DNA from: Negaprion brevirostris | Lineage: Eukaryota | Reading direction: 5' to 3' | NCBI GenBank assembly: GCA_030324005.1 | Contig: JARDVH010000031.1 | Location: 40,287,203 to 40,351,202 of the forward strand | DNA: 64,000 nucleotides | Shown here: positions 37,232 through 51,269 of the stretch, piece by piece | How the letters are laid out: each line of letters opens with the position of its first letter | Position numbering within the stretch: the stretch's first letter is position 1 | Notes under the pieces: generated by a model | Databases searched by the model: none | What the model was told of the DNA's origin: nothing | Seen by the model: only the letters and a program-made list of their open reading frames with translations | Position numbers and translations under genes: made by a program

Positions 37232-37484
37232 CTGCAAAATAAAAACATTATATTGGTTCCATACATAAATGTGTAACCCAGCACGCCCAGCTTAGAAACC
37301 CCGGCGCGTCATAACCCACACAGTGATCTAGGAAAATAACTATGAACCGAGTTTTTAACCATTTCATCCACCGCTTCCCAAACTCCAACCTAATGCAATG
37401 GCCAAACTTAACCATCTGAAGGGTAGTATTTTGATGCCATACAAAAGTGGGTTAATAGTTGCTTTAAAATTAAAGTACACCTTT

Positions 37485-37602
37485 GGGGGACTAGCAGGGT
37501 AAATACTTGGGGTTTCGGGGGGTAGGGCCTGGGTGGGATTGTTGTTGGTGCAGGCTCGATGGGCCGAATGGCCTCATTCTGCACTGCAGGGATTCTATGA
37601 TT
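37485..37602 (+). mobile_element. SINE/LINE 3' tail inserted in the HoxD3 intron
   Basis: GGGGGACTAGCAGGGTAAAT...GGGCCTGGGTGGGATTGTTGTTGGTGCAGGCTCGATGGGCCGAATGGCCTCATTCTGCACTGCAGGGATTCTATGA is the reverse complement of the tail at 7444-7550. Confidence 0.8.
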
Positions 37603-38704
37603 TGACGTGTTATGTAAATTGTTTAGTTGGCTGTTAAGTACTTTGGGCCGTCTTGGGGACGTGTAAGGCGCTAGGTAAATGCAAGTTGTGTTTTTTTTCT
37701 TTTCTTTGGCATATGCGGTAAATACTGTTTGCCGAATCACGAGGTTGTCTATTCACTTACTCCTTCGGAGTTTCCAGCAAAAATTTCAGTAACGTCATAA
37801 ACGAACAATTTCACATGGAATCATTTTAAATAAAACCATTTATCTCGAAATATTGACCCATAATTTGGAATGTGACAATTGTGCCATGTTGTTTCCCAGA
37901 TTGCAGTTCAATTGGTATGAGGAGATACCTACCTTAAAACTGGTGAACAAACTCATTCCGAAGGAAATATTACGGAGAAGTGGAAGATTTTTTTTTAAAG
38001 AAAAGAGTAGTTGGAAAGTCAAACGCTTGATATTATGTTATCATGCAGTGCAATAATTAGTTGACTCGATGCGTATTTTTGTTCAGTGTGCAAGTTGAAT
38101 GGGTGTTTAGTTATTCTCATCTGGAATACAGTTGCTAGTCCCCACAAGGATACAATGAGAAGATGAAACATGTTCCCATTAGAAGTATTTCCATCATGTA
38201 CTGTACTTAGATCATGTGAACTCGAACATCTGCATTTCCAAGCAATGTGAATGAGCAGAAAAATAAAATGAGAGATACAATCAACTTAAATTATAAGTAA
38301 AGGAGATATAAACACAATCTTGAAATAATTCTACTTCAATAGATTCTGCTCCGTCAAGGGCAAAGTCCACATTGATAAAATAAGAGTATTTGAGCCGCCT
38401 GCAATAATTGCGTGTATTAGGATTGCGCCATGTGACATTAGAGAATCAGAGAAGGGCCAGCCTATTGTTTCAGACATTCCCTTCTTTCCCTCATCAACCC
38501 TTCTGGAATGTGCCAAGTTACTCAAGCAGTCACTTAGGATTCAATGACTTACAAATTACAAAAATGTTTACGAAATGCCCTGAAAAGATGTAATGATCCC
38601 TTTGCTCTCCCCAACATTGGAAAGTCCATTAGAGGGAAATACTCCCACCTTGGTGAGACTGTTTGGTAAACTTTTCTTCCTAATTGTTAAGACTATTTGT
38701 GATT

Positions 38705-39220
38705 NNNNNNNNNNNNNNNNNNNNNNNNNNNNNNNNNNNNNNNNNNNNNNNNNNNNNNNNNNNNNNNNNNNNNNNNNNNNNNNNNNNNNNNNNNNNNNNN
38801 NNNNNNNNNNNNNNNNNNNNNNNNNNNNNNNNNNNNNNNNNNNNNNNNNNNNNNNNNNNNNNNNNNNNNNNNNNNNNNNNNNNNNNNNNNNNNNNNNNNN
38901 NNNNNNNNNNNNNNNNNNNNNNNNNNNNNNNNNNNNNNNNNNNNNNNNNNNNNNNNNNNNNNNNNNNNNNNNNNNNNNNNNNNNNNNNNNNNNNNNNNNN
39001 NNNNNNNNNNNNNNNNNNNNNNNNNNNNNNNNNNNNNNNNNNNNNNNNNNNNNNNNNNNNNNNNNNNNNNNNNNNNNNNNNNNNNNNNNNNNNNNNNNNN
39101 NNNNNNNNNNNNNNNNNNNNNNNNNNNNNNNNNNNNNNNNNNNNNNNNNNNNNNNNNNNNNNNNNNNNNNNNNNNNNNATTTCGAAATGATAGGGTCTTA
39201 ACACCCTTATCGAATAGCAT
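38705..39220 (-). CDS. HOXD3: HoxD3 first coding exon (only the first ~14 codons are visible; 38705-39178 is N, so the 3' boundary is unknown)
   Basis: ATG at 39220 gives MLFDKGVKTLSFRN, similar to the HOXD3-specific N-terminal extension (MLFEQGQQALEL...). No MQKA..YY or FPWM segment is found elsewhere, so it is inferred to lie in the gap. Confidence 0.75.
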
Positions 39221-39229
39221 TGACACCTC

Positions 39230-39260
39230 CGATCACGTGGCACTGTCACGCCAATCACAG
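39230..39260 (-). promoter_or_regulatory. E-box + CCAAT module in front of the HoxD3 coding exon
   Basis: CACGTG 39234-39239 and CCAAT 39251-39255. Confidence 0.55.
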
Positions 39261-41770
39261 GTCTGCAGCAGTCCTTGAGGTTATGAGGCAAAAGACAATA
39301 ATGGTGAAACATTAGGAACTCATAATTCAGCGTGAAAAACATAAACGGCGGCCCATAAATAAAATCTCATATCACATCCGTCAGCAGAATTTGAGTTTCC
39401 CTTCTTCTATGAATTACTATTTTACTATTTTACGAGATAATAAGCTGCTGAAATGTAACATAAATTACTCGACAACTTCTGTAAGACATTTATATCTTTA
39501 CTAGGTGTTTATGTGTTGGTACCTTCCAAAGAATTAGCTTCAATTTGTAAACTCGGGAAGCGATTATTTTCAGGATATATAGAAAACAACTATAGTTCAA
39601 ACGATCTGCAATGTATTGTTATTGCATCCCTCTTCGATGGCAATTTATTAATATTTCAATGCACAATGTCTTACTCTTTTATTAATACCTACCTTGGATA
39701 TGACTCTTCTATAATTATGCTATCTTGATTTTTAACATGACATAATTATTTAGCAGTTAAGAAATATAATAAACTTCTGAAATGCTTCACATCACATGGA
39801 AAACAACGGGTTTTATGCTAAGGCTTTATTATTCCATAGACTCAAAACAGTGGAAGTCAAAGAACGCTAAAAATGTCCCAGTCATGCTTGACAGAAGTGG
39901 ACTTCGGTGGGACACACAGTGCTATTCCAGCTGGCTTCACTGATTGAGGCCATTTTTATAATGGTGAGAAACAAAAAGGCCCCTCTCAAAAAGAACGAAA
40001 AAACCATAGTCACAGGCGACTTGTTCGCCTGCAGCATTTGCTGGGGGTACAGACCGTTTTATTCTGTGATCTAGACAGTGTTACACAAGACATGATGGAT
40101 CGAACCAGTTTTAAAAGCTGAAAAACCAACGAAGTGTTCCCTCGCCATTGTTGGTTTCTTTTTCTTCAACGTAAGCGAGGTTTGTGTGAAGGGAATGTCT
40201 TGCTTTCTGTTACATCTCTCTGCTTTATGACAGAGGGCAGGCAGTTTAGTTAAAGTATAACTAGCATCTATTCAATCGTTTTGTTCTAATTAAAACAGAG
40301 AAATAAGCAAGTCAGCATTTTACATCTGCATTCTGCTGCTTGCGTCGGTTTTAGTTCATGCAGCCATCTGCAAAATAGCAGATATTACGGGACAAAATTA
40401 TCTCTTTGGACATATCTGTGAAAAATATCAGCATAGTAACCTAAAACAAAAAAGCTAGTAAAGGCGTGTTTAGCCTTTAGTAACTGGCAATCTTTCTTNN
40501 NNNNNNNNNNNNNNNNNNNNNNNNNNNNNNNNNNNNNNNNNNNNNNNNNNNNNNNNNNNNNNNNNNNNNNNNNNNNNNNNNNNNNNNNNNNNNNNNNNTT
40601 AGATAAATGTTCGTAACATAAGAATCGATTTGAAAGAATGGAGATCAGACTCTTGCAGTTGTAACAATAGTTGTTTGAAAACACTATATTACATATAAAC
40701 TATTTAAATATCATATTTTTCCAATTTATGTACTGTCTGCAATTTGATGACCTTACCACAAAACTGCTAATCCTTCTTTCCGTAATTGTGAATTTATTAT
40801 TAAACCAATCGTCTTTTATTTCTCGCAAGCTCTGGATCAATTATTTATTAAATGTGTTCAACATAGTGAGGGGACTCCCCAGTAAGTGCATTTGTGCTGA
40901 AATGAGAGGCTCAGCAATAAAGCCGAATTTTTTGATTGAAATATGGCATCTTGTGCTCCGAGTTGAGGTTGCCTACGCGATTTGTCAAACTAGGAGGTTA
41001 TTTCTGTGTCTGGAATTAAATGATCAAAAACGAGGGTTAAAACAAATCATTGTGAAATATACTGGAACCGCTACACGAAAATGATTGGCCGGTATTTTAA
41101 GTCTTAAGTACGATACCTTGTCTGCAAAATCATTTAAATAAAGCGTATACCCGTATAAACCATCACAAGCATTGGACGTGTGACTTATCTGCTACTATAT
41201 CACGTCACAAATAGATTTTCGATTCATTTAGAAAAAGCCTTCAGCCATACAGGACTTGACATTCTAATGAAATATGAGTTTATGATCTGCGGCCTCCAAA
41301 GTAGCAGTCAGGCACACGTGCACATTTCAGCTGTTTCTTTACGAAAAAAAAGTCAATGTTTTGCTTTCCTGCCCTATGTTGTTTGTTTCTGTGTTTCGTG
41401 GCATTTCATTTTCTTTTGTTATTCTTCTTTCACCTCCTATCCATGCGCGCGCCATTCTAGTTTCATAATTTTGACATTATATTGCCGCCCTTTACTTAGC
41501 TATTTATCTGAAATTTAATTGCATTTCTGCTCACTCACTCCCCACCCCCTCCTATGCCTATCTAATCTGTGTTATGTGTAAGAGATAAGGAGGTAACTCA
41601 GTATTATTTACTGCCACGGGATCTGAACCTACGCCATTGCAGCCAGCCCCTTCGATTGTAGTGGATTTGAAGGCGCTATCTTCGGAATATCAAAACTAAC
41701 ATTAATATTAAGGTATTGTGAAAAGGTTGTGGTGAAGCGGCAGATCTGGTTCAGAAACACCAACTGCTTG

Positions 41771-41814
41771 TGAACTCTGTTTGAACCTAAATCGCAGCCA
41801 CGGGCCATAAATCA
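41771..41814 (-). promoter_or_regulatory. DR5 RARE upstream of the HoxD3 coding exon, with adjacent Pbx/Hox site
   Basis: Minus strand GGTTCA-aacag-AGTTCA (41771-41787), matching the DR5 known between Hox4 and Hox3 paralogues. TGATTTATGG (minus) at 41805-41814. Confidence 0.8.
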
Positions 41815-44800
41815 TTTGGACAATGGTCAACTGTTTCTGCGTTCATCTTTCAGATCTTTCTTACCTTACATGTTTTTTTTAAATGCAAGGGTGCATCACC
41901 TAATACAAAGATTTGATAAGTAACACCTTGTTCTGGACCATCACCCTTTATTTTTGGTGCGTTTCTGGATACATTATCTGCATCTGCCGGGCCCATGGCG
42001 CAAAATAATGCCAAAAATTATTAAACACTCTTGGCCAACATAAATGGCAAGTTTCCCAGCAACATTAATGGAAAGTAGAAAGGCGAAAGAGGCACCAGTG
42101 ACACATGCACCATGAAAGGTTTGAAGTCATGAGTTAACTTTCCATCTTCCTTTCTCCTAGGTTTCAAATTCGTCTGAACAGCGTGTTACAAAAGTTAAAC
42201 TGCTTTAACACATACTTGAGTAAATAGTAAAGCTACATCGTTAGTAATATGTGTTTCCTTGTGTGCTCTGGTTCGCTATTTTGTGTCACATGTACTGTTT
42301 TATTTGACCATGGCCAGACGTCTGAAGAAACAGTTTCTATCATTAAACTAGCAATCAAATAATTGCTTTCCGTTTTCTTTTGTTTTCAATTTAATCTTAA
42401 CAGAGTAGTCTAAGAATGTAAAAGCCAGCTACAAAGGTGGGCAGTTCGTCGTTATTAAGGAGCTAGAGCCCTCACAGTGCATATCAATGCACCTGTCATT
42501 GTGTGCTACGCAAAATTTATGACTGCTAGTGCTATGGTCGTAAACGCTTCACTACAGAATGAAAAGGAAAACACTTCCAAAGACTTGCTATCTTCAGAAG
42601 TGCAAAACAGTTACAGCGTAGGAGGAAAGACCAGAAAAAGAATGCCCAGACTCCACAAGTTTCTTATCTACGAGGCGTTTCGCCAACTCTTGCAGGATTT
42701 TATATAAACCATTGAAACTTGCCAGGGAATTTGAAATACGGCTCTGACCGCAAGCTTTCCACATCTAGCAGAAGCGCGTGGCTGGAGCGGGAGGAACTGA
42801 AAACTGTCTTTGCTAAACGTCAGCTGGGATCCAAATTTGAAATCAAAGGTTTGATTTCAGGTATGAAGCCGGGAGAAAAAGGCGATCAAACAGCACAAGA
42901 AGCTTTTCACTTTTACTTTGTGTCTGGCAGGCGTTTTCAATGTAATTTTATTCGTTATATACGTCAGCTATTTTAAACTGTAACGAGTTCAACACATTCT
43001 CAGAACTTGCTTAACCATGTGATGTATTTTGTTAAACATCCTACGCGAAAATTCGTTGCCTTCGGCCATTGCGCTCCAGAAGAAGCAGATTATTCTTGGG
43101 ACATGGCAATGTTGATTATGTTTATACTTTGAGGATCAGTCCTGGCAGAGGGACCTGTTCCTATTTCAGTTTGCATCTCATCCAATCTCTTCCAAAACGG
43201 TGCTTGATTCCTAAATTGTGGACATCGAAGAACTTTATTTTGAAAATGGAATGGCCTGTCTAGAAAAATAATTCACCATTTGTAGGTAAAGGCAACAGGG
43301 TCCCCATCACTAAACCAAATATTCATCCGGTTTCAGGTTTTAACTGATTTCATATGAGGTCTTTCATTTTATCTAGAGTAAGTGGGATAAACGCGCTCAT
43401 TGTGTAGACTATAACGGTTGAACAGATTGTGCGGTTCCTCACTCCAATTCACAATTCATTTTTGGGTTTTATCCAGAAATCGTACTCCTGTTATACAACC
43501 CAATTAACTTGTAAACTAGGCACAGTCCGAACAGTCGGTCTCTCGTGGAAGTGCGATATGTGTTGCAAAAAGGGAGAAAAAGAGATGGAACAAAAATGTG
43601 GAGTTGAGACTGAGTGAGAAGGATTAAAGATCCGAAGTCAAATTAACTGGATGGAATATTACAGCTCAAAGGAAACATTCCAATACTTCGTCAAACGTGC
43701 CCCCATTAAGATTTAACGAAACGCACCCAGGTTTACATATTGGTTAGAAACAAACCTCATTCTGGGCATTAAAATTTGCCATGAAGTGATTAGCTTAAGT
43801 ACGATCTCTTTCCCGTTTTTAATTATACTGGTTCTTTCGTAGGCCTTAATGGTCCATTGCATAGACGTGTTACCACGACGCAGATTCAATTTATCAGAAT
43901 CACAGATTATTTTGCAAAAGCATTGAGTTCTAGCAGAGAGAAGAAACAGATTCTTAATAGGCGTAATAACAGGCACCAATGAGGAAACTCAACGATCACC
44001 TCCCTGCCTGTTTAAATAATGAATTTCGTTTCTTCTATATGTGTTCCAGTAGTTAAGACATAAAACCATGAACTAAATCCCCAGGGGTAAATTTCATTTA
44101 CTTATTGACCAGAACACCAGATTCTGCTACAAATGGGAAGGAGTGAAAAGTATAAAAACTCACCACCGATTTTTTTTCTATCTTCTTNNNNNNNNNNTGG
44201 ATTTGGAATCTGTCCAGATTGATCAGAGGGCACGGGTTTTGTTCTGAAAGCAGAAAATGTAATTAAATACTTTCATCGACACTAATATCATTTCTCTATA
44301 TCCTATATATTTTAGGTCATCTTATTGACTGCTATCAAACAAAGAAGTGAAAGGACCTTGCAACGGGCCGCTAAGATCCATTTCTGACTGTGGACAATGT
44401 ATTTCTTTGTTATTTACATAAAATGCGTGGAAAAAAACAATGTTTCCTTGTGAGCTTTAATCAAATGGCTTCGTGATTTGGTTATTTTTTTAAAAAGAAA
44501 AGAATGTTAACTTGCTTTGTTTCCGAAATTAGAAATTGGATACCACTAAATAGCAATGCTACATGATTAATGAGTTGAGCTGCATTGTCAGTGAATTTAA
44601 AAAGGAGGGAAGAAAGGGTTAAATAAATTTAAAGTCGGTAAAGATTACGGAAGGGCATTTGGCTTCTTAAAAAAAGTGCCGGAGAACCGCCTCCTGAGAA
44701 TCTGAATACACAACAACAAATCATTCTTTTCCAGCGATTTTCATAATCCAAATTGTTATTGCGGAAACATGAAGCTATTAATAGCATCAAGCATTTCAGA

Positions 44801-45799
44801 TCGGAACTTCAATTTAAAGTACCAGAAATGTGCCTCGAGGGTGGGCTTATTACCCAATGAACATGATATTTTGGGGCCTACTGCACTTGGTAGGGAAATA
44901 GATCGTTCAGTGGGGCCCTTTCATGGAAAATGGGCCTGAACGGAGCAGTAAATAAGAATCACACTTTTATATCATGCAGTCTCTTGGTTTCCTCGAACTC
45001 ACTCCAATCCACTTTTTGCAGATTGCCAATATTAACATTCTTCATAATAAAAAAGGCGTCTATTTCTTTTCCAGATGAAGCTTAAATCTGTGCGTTTAAG
45101 CAGAAACTACCACCGTTGTCGAACATTTTATAGCCAGCTAACCTAACAATACAAATATGGAGGTTAGCAAGAAAGGGCCTGGCGCCATATATAAAGTTCA
45201 TGAATAATGTATAATATTGACAGGCGGTTAAGCTTTGTCATTGGGATACCAAACATCATGTAGTATTTTATATCGATCAGGCAGGCTCATAATGCTCGCT
45301 ATAAAGAGTTTGGTTATACAAAAAAAGTAACTAAAATACAATAATACAACACGGCCGAATCCCCCAAACTTCAAATCAATCTACAAGAAGCAGATAGGAG
45401 GTGAAACGAAGCTGAAGTCAGGCAGGAACTGCATTTCAGGGAATGTTATATCAATTCAAAGCACATGCTTTACATTTGAAAATATATTTAAGAAAAAAAA
45501 ACAACTGTGGGCAGATCAGAGAGACAAAGAAATCGCCGTCATTAGATGACAATATGTAAGAATCATAAGGCTTTGAAATGACCTTTGGCTTGTACAGCAA
45601 TAACTCACCACTTAATGAACAACGAACGGAAGCGCCTCCACTACCTCACAATACAGCCCATCACACAACTTCACCATGGCTTTTCTATCCCTCTTTAATC
45701 CCACTAAGACGCAGCACTTTGCAAACTAGCCTCTCCAACTTGTGTCTATATAGTTTGAAGTTAGAAGAGGATCCAAATCACAGACGGCAAGGCATCGCG

Positions 45800-45875
45800 T
45801 CCTCGGTCCAATGCCTCCCACCATAATGTGTGTAATGTATTCACGTGGCCATACGTCAATTTAAAAGGTTTTATT
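45800..45875. promoter_or_regulatory. Candidate alternative promoter in the HoxD3 upstream region
   Basis: CCAAT 45808-45812, CACGTG 45842-45847, local CpG enrichment. Orientation not determinable. Confidence 0.35.
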
Positions 45876-48800
45876 TCTCAGTAATCACTGGAAGTAAATT
45901 AAGTATTTGCAGGGCAAAGTCGCCACTTTTCCAGAAAGCAAGAACATTCGGCAAGCTTTAAACACTTGGCTGCTTTCAAACAGTTACTAATAACTTAAGT
46001 GTGCTCAGCTATGACCTGGACGGTAAGTTTTTAAACATCTTATTGATTTCGCAGCAGTGTAAGAGAGCCCTCAACCTACCATCCTAGAAGTTAGAAGCAG
46101 AATAGCCGTGTAAAAAGAGTGGGCAGAATGAATACGTCGGAAAGTTCTGGAAAACTTTTCTTGTCACTTTCTTAAATTGTTAAACTGATTTTAAGAACGA
46201 TGCCTTGTTTATTACTTTCAGTGTCTCCCAAAACATAGTGCAGCACAAGCCAAGAATCCAGGGCGGTTACTGTACATGGTGCCTGAAAAAGTTGTAACTT
46301 TTTTCAGAGATGAAAAGTTTTAAAGCCACACGAGCAAGCGAACGTTGATGGTTACCATGACGTGAGCCGAGNNNNNNNNNNTTATTGAAATTTTAGGTGA
46401 AGTTATAAATGAGTGGCCCCATCGAGCAAAATGAAATGCTACTCAGAGTAATTGGATTCAGCTGACTAACATGGCAGCCCAGCAGCTTCGAGGCATGCAG
46501 CAATGAAAAATGCTCCACGCAAAAGTTTTTACCGAGCAAAGCACGTATGCAGACTGCAAAATAACGTTTATGTCTGTGGACATTCGGAGGAAAATGCACA
46601 AATCTGCATGCGAGTAATGTAAATTTGGATAATTTATATGTTTACATTGAGAAGAAAAACGAAAAGCCCTCTGTTATTAATATTCAGATTACAGCGAATA
46701 GTACTATTGTTATATGAACTTAAAATTGAATTTCTAAAAGAAACAATTTGAATCGTATTCCCGATCCTACCTTAGATTAACTTCAGACCAGCGTGTTATG
46801 TACAGTAATAGCATTAAGATATGTCTAAAAGTAGGAATTATTATTATACAACTGGAAAATAGTACAGTTGCATTCTTAATAGCAATTAATAAGAGTAATT
46901 GAATGCGTTTCTAGAACTGAAAGAGAGAAAAAAAACAAGTTAACATTAAAAATTTAGAATCTACTGGAACAAGTTCGCCCACATACCNNNNNNNNNNCCA
47001 GGATTTAAATATGATGATTTCGTTTTTGAAATTTACCCAAATTGGTTAACTGTAAGAGCATTACTACAAAAGTATTGTCCAGTGATTATCTTCTGACACG
47101 ATTGTTGAGTTAAAATGGTATTGATGTTTATTTAACATTTAAATACATTTTAAAAATGCGGATATGGTGATTTCCTAGAAATTCACAAATAGTTTTCCTT
47201 GAAGGACAATAACATTAATTGAGAAATAATTTATACAGGCTGCTGCAATAACTTTAGCCCGCAATATATTTCTGAAGCGCATAAATCAAAGAAGACTGCA
47301 GCCTGACGATAAGCTAGAGACAACAAATTAATGTGATTTACGATCTAAGTTTGCTAGTGACAGTTTGAAAAGTTCCCTGGGTTTCTGTGCCTTTTTATTT
47401 CGTTTTCCTTTTACATAAAACTGCAGAATCAGCTAAAATGCGCCACAAGACAAATCTGGGACTTCTCTGGATTGTCCGATCTAACCTTTCTCAAATTGCG
47501 CACTTTGGTGAAGGAGCAAATGTTTCTTTCCTCTATAAATCGCCATACTTTGCTACAAAATCAGGTTCCTGGTTTGCTTCTTAAATGGGAACAATGCACT
47601 AGTTTGTCTCAGAATTTCATACAATTTGGCATGAATAACATACCCTCTTGCTGAAGGCATTATCCAAACCTACTACTAAAGGTTCATATTATCATACGAT
47701 TGCTTACCTGTGGGTCAATTTATCATAAATCTATGCTTCTCAAACTCAATTTCTTAGCCTGCAGCTGCGAATAATATCCTGCGCCGTTTGTCTGGAGACA
47801 GTGCTGTCTTAAACCAGATCTTGCGGTTTTGCAGACATTTCGATACGAAATGCAGACGGTATTCCCGATAGAAATGGCTTCAGTCTCAGGGACAACTACC
47901 AATAAAAACGGCGTACAGAGATGCATTAGCTTTTAGATCTAAACCGAGACTTTAGAATCGAGCATTCGACGAGGAAATGGTATTGATAAACCGGTAGGTA
48001 TTCCTTTAAAAAAGTTGCAATTTATGAATTTTATAGTGCAACGGATACCTTTTATAATCAGAAAATATAGGCGCTGCCTCAAGATACAGGCATATTTGTT
48101 CACGTGATCTGTGTTACCAGATTGTTCTGATTGAGCCAGTAAGTTGAGCCAGCGCTACCTCACTAACATCTATTTAATATGGATTGTTTGGTGCTTTGAG
48201 TCACTTCTTACATTAACACTAATGAAGAGCTGAATGAAAATTAAATATTCGGTGTTGCATTTGTAAAAGCATTGTGAGGTAGCGTCTTTCAGAACAGTAC
48301 CACGTTCACTAAATTGAACAATAGATTTGTATTTTATTGCCTTTTCATAGCCTCTAGGCTGCAGGCTGCTTATCATTCCTCCTGGTGTATTGAGTTGATT
48401 AGTGCACTCATTTACTTAATCTAACAAGTATTACTTTTGGAAGAATCGGATTCTGTGTATATGTACATATATTTACATTGTATATGACCAAGGCAGCGTA
48501 TTTATATGAAACACTTCATTTGGTTTAAAATATTTTAGTATTTTGAAAACAATACACATCTATAGGTCTCAAAACCAACACAAAGCTGAGAGTAAAACGA
48601 CAAAATATGTAATGAAACGACAACAAACAAGGTTAAATGTTGTGGGGTGATCACATAAAAATCTGGCGAATGAATTGGACTTCCTATTAATCCCGTTTAG
48701 GTTTGGAATTAGTTGAGAGAAGCCGTTAAAGAAATGCTGCAGCAGATACGATTTCTGTGAAACTCAATCTCTCTCCTTTCCAGGAAGAGAAATTAATCAT

Positions 48801-51269
48801 CGTTGGTAACTGCAATGAACTTGATGTCTGTGGACTAGGAATTAATGTGGCATTTTCCCTTTCTCTTTCAGGAGAAGCAGTTTAAATCACAAGGACCAGT
48901 GACAATGTCTAGTTACACAAACGTCTCACAAAACCAGGCGTTGAATGTCGTTTCATTTAATCTCTGTTAATATTATGTATTTACCCCCGACAAATGTTTT
49001 GTGAAATATAATGTTTTTGGTTAGGGAAAATTAATTTCCAGTAACATTCTATCGAATTGCTTAATATTTCTGTTAAATGTTACTTCCAACTGCTCTTAAT
49101 AACTGAAACATTTGTCTGTAATTTAATAGCAATAAAAAACATTTCTATTGACAGTAATGCATGACCTTATTGCACCTAGCGCTGGCTTAACGCAACATTT
49201 ATCTAAATTACTTTACCCTCTGTGGCTTATATGGTCGTTATAAAAATATTGCTTTGCAATTACTGCATTATAAATTATTTAAAAGAAAATAAGGCTTACA
49301 TCTCAATGTTTAACTAAGGCGTCACTTTCGGTCAAAACCCATGTTGAGCGAATTCGAAAGTCTGTTTTGACGATTTTTCAGAATATAACGATTGTTGTAG
49401 GGCTTTGTAAAACAGATACATCTTTTATGTCTTTTAAGTTACCCACGTTTGCGACTTTTTAAGTATTCTTCGATCCCAAAATTGTAAATAGACCGTTTTA
49501 TTAGGCAAGATTTCCCTTCTCTGATAATTTTATGAGGAGACTAAGATGAAGCAACTAAGTGTTAATGCTTGCCACTGTGGGAACTCAGCTTTACGTGGAA
49601 TATAATCAAATGGGGACCTGAAGACGGCTTCGACTGCAGCATATGTTCATACAGCAATAAAAAGAAGAGATTTACAATCTTCGCCTGGTCTCGGCAGCCT
49701 TTCAGGAATTACTGGTAATGATTTATAACAGAGGGAAATTGTTGACCCCCCCCCAACCCCCACCCCCACCCCAACAACAACAACTTTCTTCCGATTTAAT
49801 GAAAAAGTTGTAATTAAAGCGTTTTCATTGATTCGTGTCTGTCTAGTTCTTCGCTGGAGTGGAATTTAACGGTAGATGACACTGAGTTGAAGTGAGAGTC
49901 GGCAAAAGAGTAACTTGGCGGTACGACCGCAGCTTTGTCATCAGGAAAACAGCGCTGCATTTGTCATCGGCGAATAACTGAATTAATAGGTTATTGTTTT
50001 AATGCATAATTTATTAAAAAAGGAAACGAGCGTTGACTTTACACACGTGACGACAGCACAAATTCAATTTCCAGAAGTGTTTTGTGACAAAAGCAACGGA
50101 AGCAATAAATGCCGAGGTTCATTTTGTAAAATATCTCCAATCAATTGAATAAAATCTTTTTTCAAAAGATATCTGCATTTGCCACAGTAATGTATGCAGT
50201 TTAATTACACTTTTAGAAAGAGGTTTAGGAACTGAGCTGTCACGATATGCCACTCCGACGCTACAACTACAACTTAGGTTAAGGTTTGATGTTACTGTTT
50301 CACTTTATACCTTAAAATGTTGACTTGCATTTGTTTTTAACCTTTACCACAATAATAAAACTTTTGCACATTATTGTTAAACGGCCAACAATAAAAAGCT
50401 AGATTATGCTTGTACTTTATTGTGTTGTATTATCTATAGTATACATGTGAGGCATACTTTAATACGACATCCTATTATTATCATACCAACCTCAAATCAG
50501 CAAATCAGAATAGAACCGTTTTATTACATTACAACATGTACCGACAGTGAAAACACAGTTTGTTCCTGTTCTGGGTAGAAATCACAACCATTTATTATTT
50601 AAATGAGTCAAGCACGCTCTCCCAGTTTTGTGGATAATCATTTAACAGACTGCTATAGAAAAAACAAAAACTCACTTTCTGTCAAATCAAATCCCCATAG
50701 GTGCAAAGGAGACATTTGTTTCATCTTTTAAAGCAAAACATCTATTAAAAAATGAAGCACCAAACGCTCATGAATATAGTTTCTGTAGACTTGGGTACCT
50801 GCAATTGTTCTAGTTGAATCTCATTTACAGACTTTCCATTAGATCTCAAAGAAAACAAAATATATGACTCGTGGTATTCAATATAAACTCAGGCCTCTAT
50901 TTCACTGTGTACAAATAGGCAGCAGATGCCATGACAGCCGGCATTGTTTGCAATAAAGCACAACTAAACCGTAAAATCTACGCCATTTCATGACACTCAA
51001 CTACGCCTTAATAATAATCTCATCGCAGCCTTACTAACATTTACCCCACCTCCAAAATGCAGCCGGTACAAATTTCTGCATCTGAAGTTTATCATGGTTG
51101 TTCCAAAATGTTAAAGCTAATCCGAATAGAAGGTCAGTATATCTGCCTACTACAACTTATGACTGTCGCCTGGTAGCACAAAGTAAGAAGCAAAGGGCGC
51201 TATTCATCAAATATATATGACAGTTACATTCATTTGCTATCTTAGCAGAAACAAAACTAAAATTGTTTA

